A DNA stretch of 64,000 bases from a virus (taxonomy: Duplodnaviria; Caudoviricetes), in IMG/VR virus record IMGVR_UViG_3300009776_000003, positions 6,708 through 70,707 of that record, one strand, 5' to 3'. This document shows, in pieces, positions 44,980 through 54,160 of this stretch. The stretch's first letter is position 1. Each line of letters starts with the position of its first letter. The notes under the pieces are model-generated. The model made no database searches, was not told the origin of the DNA, and saw only the letters and a program-made list of their open reading frames with translations. The position numbers and the translations under genes were made by a program.

Positions 44980-47900
44980 TCACTGGAACACCTTTCGCAC
45001 TTGCAGGCCATTGAGGCTTCCGCCGACATCGGATAGGTCTATCAAGATCGAATCCTTGAAGACTTCCTCAATGTCCTCGTTGTCACTGGACAGCCTGTCG
45101 TAGGCTTTCGCTGAAACGTGCAGGTTCTCGCCGTCAAAGACGACTGTGTCTGTACCGTTCAATACCGGCCTCCTGATGATGCATATTCCGGTCAGCGAGT
45201 ACATTGCCGCGAATTTCATTGCTTCCCTTTCTGTGAGCCTCTCTTCCTCAGCCTCATCACCAACCCCTCGAACTTCTCCACCGGCATCAACCTAGTGAAG
45301 TTCCATGCTGCCGCCATCCTTCTAGCTTCATCCAGATACAGCGGATGGTGACACTCATCATTGGACCAATCCAAGCATTCTCCATTGAATCCGCACGCTC
45401 GGTCTTTGGCGTACTTCTCGCAGTCGGAGCACTGGTAGACGGTTAGTCTTCGCATGACTCAGTCTTATACGCCTTGTGGATCTTCATTGGCTCCAATCCA
45501 GTACTCACACTCCCCACTCACCGCATCAAACGGTGCATCCATGAACCATGACTGCCTAGCGCTAGCTGGCGCGCTGTACCGATAGCAGGTGTCCTTCTTG
45601 GGACACACTACCATGGTATCCAGCGCTGATGACAGCAGTTTCTTGATGCCGTCGCAGAGTGTGATGTCAGTCACCCCACCCTCCTTCTCACAACGTCACA
45701 TTTCCGCCAGTCCTACTGGCGCCTTTCCTTCCAGAACTCGCTCATCTCACCTGTCACCGCGTCACTGATGTTCCTGTACTTGCCGCTGAAGTGCTTTCCA
45801 GTTGGATCGCTTCTGCCGAACACAACCGCCTCGTATGATCCAGTGCAGTCTGGCACCAGTCTAACTGCATCGCCGTTCCAGCGACCTTTCATGCCTTGTT
45901 GGCCATGCGGCCACAGCAGCCATAGGAGCGCGTCGCTGGCTTTCGATCCGAACAATTCCAAGAACTTCGCGCCTCCACCAAGATCATGCGGATCAATGTA
46001 CTCACGCTTTGCGTCGTTAGCGATGATGTAGTAGATGCCCATTACTGGCCCCTCCCCTCAGCCCTCAGTTCCACTTCCTCTAGCACCTTCGCATACTCAG
46101 CCCTAGCGAACTCAATCATCCTATCGATAGTCGCGCTCAACTGCTCCAATGGAATATCGCAGTCGAACATCACCTCATTGCCGCAAGGATCGGAAAGCCA
46201 AGTTTCCACGCCTGCGTGGCTACCGCCGACATACAAGTCCCACTCCAGCGGCAACCTCTCCACCGCATCCATGAGCGCCTTACCCAACTTCGTCCACTTG
46301 TCCAGTTCCATGGTTCTCCTTTCGAGCGATTGTTGTTCAAGGAATGTGCGGCCAAACAGGAAGAAGTGCATCTGGATAATATCCGCAACACTTATCCACG
46401 ATTGCCGGCACTTTTATCCGCAATCAGCTCATACTCCTTCACCTCCGGTAAGCTCTCCAGCGGCTTCTCTGGGGCCTTCTGCGGCTGAGGCTTGCAGGTA
46501 CGCCTGCGGCGCCGAAGTCCGAAGGGAAGGCACGCTAGGGCCGCCAGGAAGGTTCTGCGTGTTGTGTTCACAAGTTCTCCTCCACGACCAGCTTCGCCTT
46601 GACCGGCTGGACGATGATGTCCAAGTCCTGTTGGACGATGTTCGTCGCGTATCCGGTATCGAGAGCGACCTCAAGCATGACTGGAACACCGCCCACGCTC
46701 TCTCTGATCAGCATCCTTGGCTGACCAAGTCGGTAGTACACCATGCCCTCGCCAACTCTTACCATCCTGAAGCCATCCGCTTGCCTGCGGTCTTCAACGT
46801 CCATTGCGATCTCCTTTCAGACTTGTTTGCTTGGTTTTGTACTTTCAATCACTTCCTTAAATGCGTCCCTCACCGCAGCTACCTTCGTCACCGCCGCATT
46901 GATGTGGAAGGTGGCCATACTGATCTCGTCGTTGAGCTTCTTTGGAGGCTCCAGTTCGTAGCGCCGCAGCCAGAACTCATGGTGCATCAGTTCAAAGCAG
47001 GTGTCGATGAGCCGCTGCATTGACGCGCTGAAGTAGGGGAGTTGGTGTTCGTAGTTGTTCATCGATCCACCTTTCCGTTGTTTCGCTTGCGATTCCTGCA
47101 ATCGTACTCGCATGGCTCTGCCCAGTTCTTCGCGTACTTCTCTGCCACCATCTTCTCCAACAGTCTTGCCGCGATCTCGATGTAGGCGACCGCGAGGTCG
47201 ATGGTAACGGAGTCATCTGGTTCGATCTCATGCGTCACGCACATGACGTTAAGCACCTTCGCTATGGCGATGTCACTTTTGAACCGCGTGTCTCGCAGAA
47301 GGATTGCTACGCTTTCTGGCGTATGTGGGCTACTGTCGGTCACTTTCCCCTCCTTCTAGTTACGTTGCTGTCGATGATTCCTTGGCCCCTTTTGATGTAA
47401 TCTTCCTCGGACCATGGTGGGTAGACTTGCTGGACTCTCGCCCACACTTTGCGCTTCCGCTGTTTGTCCCACAGCGTAACCTTACGGATGCCGATGAAGC
47501 CCTCTTCGCGAATCCTGCGCGCCGCCTCAGCGATCTCCTCCTCGGTAGGCATATATGCCGCTTCGTTACTACGTTTCGTTTGGTTGTAGGCGGCGATCAC
47601 TGCCTTCCTCCTTGAGTTCCTTGAGCTTGCGGATGATGAAAGCGCGGCGCTCTAGGTCTTGGATTTGCCTTAATTCGTCGTCAGTAACTTGGTAGTCTTC
47701 TATGGCCTCGATGACTAGCGGCTTGATGGATGGATCGGAGTTCAGTGCCTCTAGGGCGGCGGTGACGTTTTCGTTGGCGTACCGCTCTGGCTGTCCGTCG
47801 TTGAACGTAATGAGTAGGCAATACAACATCGCAAAAGCGGTAGCAAACAAACCAATGGCCGCCAAAACGTCATTAGATCTCATGCTTCATCCATCCAGAG

Positions 47901-48111
47901 CCGGAGGCAATTCGATCCCAGCGCGATTGCACTCTTCCCTCAAGTCAGCGACCCACCTAGCCTGATCCTCGATTGGCAGGATGTTCACCAGCGAGACAAT
48001 ATGCTTGTGTATTAGTCGCTCATGCTGGATAATTTCTAGCAGAGATTTGTTCATCATGCCGAGCGCATCGACAATCTTTCCAATCGAGGCCCACAAGTCT
48101 TGTTCGCTCAT
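44980..48111 (-). CDS. Run of about 12 tightly coupled small hypothetical genes (e.g. 44980-45219, 45216-45455, 45465-45674, 45713-46042, 46042-46311, 46392-46571, 46568-46804, 46817-47062, 47059-47343, 47340-47600, 47569-47883, 47887-48111)
   Basis: Overlapping stop/start pairs and RBSs. 45465-45674 (ITLC.G...CP.K..CYRY.A...RQSWF) and 45713-46042 (MG.YY...N..K.EYIDP...GRW.GD) carry recurrent phage motifs. Some internal boundaries are approximate. Confidence 0.6.
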
Positions 48112-48274
48112 GCTTCATCCCCTTGCACAGTTCACTACGCAGTGAAACTGTGCATTCCAGTGAATCATTTGCCCTTCTCTCGCATGGCATCAACCGCGAT
48201 TGCTGTACACCATGCAGCCAGCCGCACTAGCGGGAGCAGCACCATCATGATCGTTATGCCGAATAGGATCTGGT

Positions 48275-48601
48275 TCATTTGCCATTCGCCTTGCCCACCT
48301 CCACGATCAACCGGCAGATGGCCTGCTGGTAGTTCGGTGAGTCTTGCGACACTTCCAAGTACTGTACGTCTCTTAACGCATTCACCACATACCAAGCGTT
48401 GCCGCGGTAGATCCACTCGACAACGCGACCGTCTTCTAATCGCTCGTCTGCCTCAATCGTCCACGATGTTGTGTACTTCTCTAGCCACTCCACCATCTGC
48501 GGCAGCAGCGAGTAGTCGGTGGAGAAGGGTGACGGCCAGCTTTTGGGAAGCAACTTTACTCCCATCGCTTCCGCAACGGCTTGGTCTAGGTCACTACTCA
48601 T
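48275..48601 (-). CDS. Phage ABA-sandwich-like domain protein
   Basis: LDQAVAEAMG...PFSTDY.L..QMVEWL...AICR..V pattern. Confidence 0.55.
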   Translation of the reverse strand: MSSDLDQAVAEAMGVKLLPKSWPSPFSTDYSLLPQMVEWLEKYTTSWTIEADERLEDGRVVEWIYRGNAWYVVNALRDVQYLEVSQDSPNYQQAICRLIVEVGKANGK

Positions 48602-48831
48602 TTCGCTTCTCCTTTCGCTTGCTCCACCGCACACTCAACAGCATCTCGTATCTCGTCGGACAACGTCTCGCGGTTCGACGGAAACTCCAGAGAGTCGCCG
48701 TCATCGTCAACTAATTCAACGCTAACGCTTCCTCGGTAAATTGTGATGGTAATATCCCACTTTTCAGGCAGCAGTTCGGCGGCTTCTTCAATTGCCGAGC
48801 CGATTCGTGTCCGTTCTGCTATGTCCATCAT
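48598..48831 (-). CDS. Hypothetical protein, paralogue of 46042-46311
   Basis: Both share G.A...A.E.LP..WD...V...L.D..G....F...LS..I...E.A. Confidence 0.55.
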   Translation of the reverse strand: MMDIAERTRIGSAIEEAAELLPEKWDITITIYRGSVSVELVDDDGDSLEFPSNRETLSDEIRDAVECAVEQAKGEAK

Positions 48832-48873
48832 TTCGCTTCTCCTTTCTCCCTCTCTCCCACCCACACCGCAGCC

Positions 48874-49587
48874 TCACATGCGGCACACTCTGCATCTTTC
48901 ATTACAATTTTCTCCTCGTAGCTTGCGGCCACTTCTAAACTCGTTTCTTAGATCATCGAGGCTCGCTGGCCACGTATCGCGACCTGGCGAACGGAATGTG
49001 TGGCCGTACTTCCGCTCGATCTCTACAGCCCGCTCGTAGATGGATGGGTATCGTTCCAAGAGCGTTTTCCACTCGCCCAGTCTTTGCCCATAGCACCACG
49101 CACAGTCGGTACGATTCGGCACGGTAACGCCTCTGTCTTCTAGGTATCCCCATACATCTTCTGCGGTCCACCCCCAATCACGCAGCGGATAGCTCTGCTT
49201 GACTGCTGGCATGTCGCCGTAAATCCCCTCTCGCATTTCTTCGTCCGCTCGTAACCCAACATACTGCACACATGGGGCGTTCTCTGTTAACCATTTAATA
49301 GTCGGCACAATTTTCAGGAGTCTCGTACACCAGCGAGCGCGGAAGGACGGCAACGCAGATTGAGCCTCAATGAGGTGTCGCAGTCCGTCTATGTCACCAT
49401 ACGGTTGAAGCCGCGTTAATGGAGCTTGCAGAAGGTGTTCTAGCTTGCGCCAATGGTCGTGCATCTCAGGTAGTTCGTTGCCGACTGGCGTAATGAGGTA
49501 GACGTACTCCTCTGGTTGCACTTCTCGCAGGCGAAGCGCCATTGCCGTTGAGTCCTTGCCGCCGCTTAGTGCTACGACGTGTTTCAC
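48874..49587 (-). CDS. PAPS-reductase-family (PP-loop) protein
   Basis: HVVALSGGKDSTAM, RWCTRLLKI, VGLRADE, YPL.DWG and DCAWC motifs. Confidence 0.85.
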   Translation of the reverse strand: MKHVVALSGGKDSTAMALRLREVQPEEYVYLITPVGNELPEMHDHWRKLEHLLQAPLTRLQPYGDIDGLRHLIEAQSALPSFRARWCTRLLKIVPTIKWLTENAPCVQYVGLRADEEMREGIYGDMPAVKQSYPLRDWGWTAEDVWGYLEDRGVTVPNRTDCAWCYGQRLGEWKTLLERYPSIYERAVEIERKYGHTFRSPGRDTWPASLDDLRNEFRSGRKLRGENCNERCRVCRM

Positions 49588-49970
49588 TCAGTCTCCCTCC
49601 CCCCCACCCACACCGCAGCCTCGCATATCGCGGTGCGGAGGTCTTTGCCTTTGCTAGCACATTTCTCGTTGCCATCACGCACGCAATAGCATCTCCAATC
49701 ACACTCGCCAACGTATTCGATTGTCTCTAGTGCGTTCTGCTCCACCAGCCACCGCAGCACGCGGTAGTTGGCGGCGTCGTCGGTGAGGTAATCATCCCAC
49801 TCGACTCGCTTGTCCCATTCCAAATTGCGGGCAGCGAGAGGCATGGCGTTCAATACCGGATCGGTGACCGAGTACAGCACTTCGCCGTTTTCCAGTACAA
49901 GGTCATACGTTATGGTCGGCTCCCCCCCTATCGCCCTCCCCACTCGCTCGTTGGTTAGGTCACTCATCAT
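49584..49970 (-). CDS. Phage ABA-sandwich-like domain protein
   Basis: DYLTDDAANYRVLRWL...LRTAICEAAV pattern. Confidence 0.5.
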   Translation of the reverse strand: MMSDLTNERVGRAIGGEPTITYDLVLENGEVLYSVTDPVLNAMPLAARNLEWDKRVEWDDYLTDDAANYRVLRWLVEQNALETIEYVGECDWRCYCVRDGNEKCASKGKDLRTAICEAAVWVGGRETE

Positions 49971-51900
49971 ACCAATCCTCCGGCCTTCGCTTCCCGCAAT
50001 GGACGCACTCACTCACGCATCCCCATCGGTCGTACTTGTACTCATGGTCGTCGCAACAGTCTTCGCAAACGGCTGGCTCTGGATTGATGTCCGATGGGCC
50101 GAGGTTGGCTTGCTTGCCGCATTTGTGACAGCGGAAGATGTCGTAGACCATGCTAGCCCTCCATCGTCCACCACCACGAGATATGCAACGGTACACATGG
50201 CATCAGGCAGATCCACAGATCGACGCAGTTACCGATCCGCTTCCAGTACGCACCTATACACAGGTTTCTCGGCTTGAACTCAAAACCAATATGCCAGCCT
50301 CTGCGTCGTTTGCTGATCTCGCATGACCGCTTGTGATACGTGAACTCTCCGTCTGTTGGACAACCGCAGTTTGCGATGTTCATAGTTACCTCACTTCAGA
50401 ATATGCACCAACTTACTCTTCGCACACTTCCTGCACTGTTTCCAGCACAAAACGATTTCTTCTCTATACCTGACTCCTGTTCCCAATCCACAGGACACAA
50501 GCACCTCTTGCTTTGTCTCGTAGTCGTGCCAGCATGGCAGCAGGCGGATCAAGCGGCTGAATATCATAAGTCACCTTTCATCTTTTGATATTCAGCCACA
50601 ATCCTGCCAATGTGCGTGTCCTGGTGTGGAATATCACGTTCATGGCATAGTGCAGCTAATATCCGCTGATACATAATGTTCAGGTCAGTCTGGCCGTCTG
50701 CGATCTTTTTCCAGTGGTCGCACTGCTTTCGCAGTTGCTCACACTCCACCTCTGCCGCAGACTCCTCCCACAACTCCTTGCACTCATCTCTCAGCAACCG
50801 ATGCACTTGCGTCTCAAACGCTTCCCTGTCAAACACCTCCTCCATCGGATCGCGTGGGCTAGCGTCCCTCGCCTCGACTACGGCGTCTAGCGCTAGGTTT
50901 GCGATTTCCGCAGTGATGCGGTTGAGTATTTGTTCTGGCGACTCGCTCATTGCCTCACTCCCCATACCTTTGCAATCTCCTTGCACAACTCGCTATGCTT
51001 CTGCCCCTCGTCGGTCTTCCAGTGTGCCAGACATTCTATTGAGCACACTGACGGATGGGCTTGCTTGAGGAGGGACCGCAGTCTGTAGTTGTCATCCATG
51101 AGACGCAATGCGTTCTCGTGCTGCACCCTATGCTGTAGCGTCCTTTCTTGTAGCTTGCTCCGCATCTTCTCAAACGCCGCCTTCAGCCTCTCGTTGTCCG
51201 CTGCGGCAGAGTCTAATGCCCTCGACAGTTCGTCGCAGCCATCGCATGGTAGGCTGCTACCACAATCACAGTTATCGCTCACTCGCTATCCTCCAATTCG
51301 CCGCTGAGTAGTTTTGGTATCTCCCCATACCCCACATCTCGGAGTCGGTAGAAGCTGAGTTCGTTCCACCACTCCAGCCTCGCTTCAAGCCTGCACAACC
51401 AGTCGCGGTAGCTGTCGCGTTGCTTCGTGACGGTGTTGAGGTCGCGTTGCAGCCGCGTGTTCTCTGCGGTAAGACGATCCATCTCCTCGTCCATTGCAAT
51501 CACCGTTCGCTGCAACCGCTCGACTTCGGCCTGCATTTTTACCACAGCGTCCAACCCATCTCCTTGCGTAATTCCGTCCGCTGCCATGATGCTCTTCATG
51601 CTCTCCATGTCCGTGTGAAGCAGCTCGCATGCGCGGCCATGACTGATCTCGCCGCAAGCAAACGCACACTTGACGAGCAATGTTCGAGTCCCCTCTGGAA
51701 CATCTACGTCGCGCAGGTGCTTTGCTATCGCCCGCTCGACTTCGAGCTTCTGATTAAGTCTCTCGACTTCGGCCTTGAGTTGTGCAACCTCGTCTTCATA
51801 GCACTGAGCCGCACGCTTATACTTCCCATCAATAGTCTGAAAAGTACCGCAACTAAAGCTCGGTGCGCTGCAGAATGGACACGCGATTACAATGGTCACT
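49960..51900 (-). CDS. Run of small hypothetical genes (Zn-finger 49960-50151, 50153-50383, 50391-50567, 50564-50950, coiled-coil 50947-51282, coiled-coil/HTH 51279-51900)
   Basis: Overlapping stop/start pairs; CxxC pairs; 50391-50567 found manually; HTH-like GEISHGRACELL. Some boundaries are approximate. Confidence 0.55.
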
Positions 51901-52219
51901 CCCCACCTCCAATCGCCGCCACCAACGCCTCGCAGATTTGGCGTGGGGTGCAACATAAGATATCTACCACAAACCACGATAGCCCATTGTCGGCAGCGCG
52001 AACGCACCGCCGCTTGTCTAGCGCCATCGAAAACTTGAATACGGTTTCTCCGTCCATTTCTCGCAACCGCTCCAGCAACGGCTGGCAGTCGTCGCGGTAC
52101 TTCTGTGGCCACCAAAAACGCTCTCCGTCATCCAGTGTCGCATCGCCGTATTCGTCCGCTGGAATGTATTCCCACCCCATCCACTCCGCGATCTTGGTGA
52201 GGAGTTGTTCGTCGGTCAT
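51896..52219 (-). CDS. Third ABA-sandwich-like protein
   Basis: LLTKIAEWMGW...P....D...LLERL...TPRQICEALVA pattern. Confidence 0.45.
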   Translation of the reverse strand: MTDEQLLTKIAEWMGWEYIPADEYGDATLDDGERFWWPQKYRDDCQPLLERLREMDGETVFKFSMALDKRRCVRAADNGLSWFVVDILCCTPRQICEALVAAIGGGE

Positions 52220-52686
52220 CTCGCTTCCCTCCACAAAAGGACTGCACACACAATGATAGAAACCACACTCGCCAACAGAAACGTCCCAACCACATGGATC
52301 GCTTCGCTCATGAGCACCTCCTGCGAATCCAATCGAGTTCTCGCATGGCTGCGGATCTGAAGTCTTCAGTATGCAACAGAAACTCACCGCACTGCTCGAT
52401 CATCTCTCGCTCCGCATCCGAGAGACTTTCGCTCGGCTCCTTCAGTGAGAAGATGGTGCAGGCTAGCGTAGCGAGCGTGTAGCACTCGCATCCAATGTCC
52501 TTGAGGGATTTGGCTACCGCCAGTGTGGTAGCCGTAGAATCTTGGGATCTGGCTTGGTCGTCGGCCATCACTGCCTCGCTGCTAGAGAGTCGCAATCACT
52601 GCGAACGAATCACCGACATCGATGGTGATTATACAGCGGTGGCTAGACTACTTCAATGGGTAAATGGCCATTTTTGGCCAAAAACA

Positions 52687-53154
52687 TCAAAGTTTTTTCA
52701 TGGAGGAGATCGGCACCAAGACGCATGGCTCTATGTCGCTTTGCGCCTTGACGATGCGCTTGCAGCCAGCGATCTTCTGCTGCGAGCCATCTACCTCGCC
52801 GATCTCGATGTAGAGGATGGTGTCGGTGAATTTGACGACGTAGTACGCTGGAACATTGAACCCAACACTCGCCATCCAAAGAGCCATGAACTTTCTGGCA
52901 TTTAAGAAGCAGGTATCAAACTTGGTCGAAGCGTGAGATCTGGCTTTCACTTCGACCAGCGACTCCATGCGATCATCGCGGACGGTGTAGCCGTCGATCT
53001 GGTGGAACTGAGGAAAGCGATGAGTCTTGCAGCCCCACTTCTCCTCGATGAGCGCGAAGACCTCGTCCTCGTTCTTGAAATCCTCCTCGGTGGAGTACGA
53101 CATGCCTTGCGGTGTCTTGCGCAGTTGGCGAGAGTAATAGCTAGTTGTCATCAC
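52687..53154 (-). CDS. PD-(D/E)XK nuclease (resolvase-like)
   Basis: QIDG...LVEVKAR...FDT motif. Confidence 0.7.
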   Translation of the reverse strand: MMTTSYYSRQLRKTPQGMSYSTEEDFKNEDEVFALIEEKWGCKTHRFPQFHQIDGYTVRDDRMESLVEVKARSHASTKFDTCFLNARKFMALWMASVGFNVPAYYVVKFTDTILYIEIGEVDGSQQKIAGCKRIVKAQSDIEPCVLVPISSMKKL

Positions 53155-53395
53155 TCCCCAGATCGTCTAGGAGGTCGGTTTCTTCTTCGAGCTTGTTGAG
53201 CACTCTTCGCACCATCTGCTCCAAGATGCCAACGGTCATGTGATGAGATCCGATCCATTGGCTGAGGATGGTGAACTCCTTGCGCTGAGTGGTCTGCATG
53301 TCCTCCTTGAGCAGACAGATGGCGCCATGGTCGAAGCGGCTGCACAGTTCTTCTACCAGATCGATGGTTGAGACAAGGCTCAGATCGCTTTCCAT
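53141..53395 (-). CDS. Hypothetical protein
   Basis: Coupled ORF; coding-like. Confidence 0.55.
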   Translation of the reverse strand: MESDLSLVSTIDLVEELCSRFDHGAICLLKEDMQTTQRKEFTILSQWIGSHHMTVGILEQMVRRVLNKLEEETDLLDDLGSDDN

Positions 53396-53727
53396 CAGTA
53401 CGTCCTAATCAGACCGAACTTTTGCAGAATGGAAGCCAAGTCCGCAGAGACCCAATCGACCCAGTCCTCGTCAACGTCCCATAGAGCCGCGTGGAGGCAC
53501 TCATGCAGCAGTATTCTGGCGAGCTTCGGTGGATTGCCCAGTAGCGCTGGATCGAGCCTGATGCACTTGTGGGCGACGTTAGGGGCATCTACGTCGGCAG
53601 CGTATCGCTCTGGCTTCTCCCACACGATCCTCCACCGCTTGCCATGGATGTTGACCGTCTGCGGCAGTTTGGCGTTGCGCAGATCTTCCTGCTGGCTGTC
53701 GAAGACTTCGCTCTGTCCATCACTCAT
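53395..53727 (-). CDS. Small HExxH metallopeptidase-like protein
   Basis: IRLD...ILLHECLHA zincin motif. Confidence 0.7.
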   Translation of the reverse strand: MSDGQSEVFDSQQEDLRNAKLPQTVNIHGKRWRIVWEKPERYAADVDAPNVAHKCIRLDPALLGNPPKLARILLHECLHAALWDVDEDWVDWVSADLASILQKFGLIRTY

Positions 53728-54146
53728 TTTCCACCTGTTCTTTTCAGGTCTTCAATGCAATGGTCCCTGAAGTCGAATTCTGCCCCAAAGATCTTGCGAA
53801 ATATCTCGGTAAGCATGGTCTCTGGATCGGCCCCAAGCTCCTCAACGCAGTCACCGAAGGTGAGGATCGATCCATTGCCAATCATCCAGTGGAACGACAA
53901 TCTAGCGCGCTCGATTGTATCCTTACGCCGTATTCCAATGGAGGCTTCATCGACATATCGGCGCAGGTCGTCGCAGGCTTCCTTGATGATGTCGAAGGCT
54001 ATCTCCTTGATTGCGCGATCACTGGAGCGGATCACGCGGACCTCTTCAGGCCACAGCTTGCGGATGAAGTGGCGGCGCTGGTTCTCAGCCTTCGTCCATC
54101 TATTGCGCCGGTGGACGCTCGGCGCTGACGGTGCAGCAGCGATCAT
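53724..54146 (-). CDS. Hypothetical protein
   Basis: Coupled ORF; ARLSFHWM...TFGDCVEELGADP. Confidence 0.55.
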   Translation of the reverse strand: MIAAAPSAPSVHRRNRWTKAENQRRHFIRKLWPEEVRVIRSSDRAIKEIAFDIIKEACDDLRRYVDEASIGIRRKDTIERARLSFHWMIGNGSILTFGDCVEELGADPETMLTEIFRKIFGAEFDFRDHCIEDLKRTGGK

Positions 54147-54160
54147 GGTGGCTGGTGAGT

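Noticed and set aside
45986-47023. 345-aa plus-strand ORF
   Set aside because: Antisense to several well-formed minus-strand genes; no motifs.
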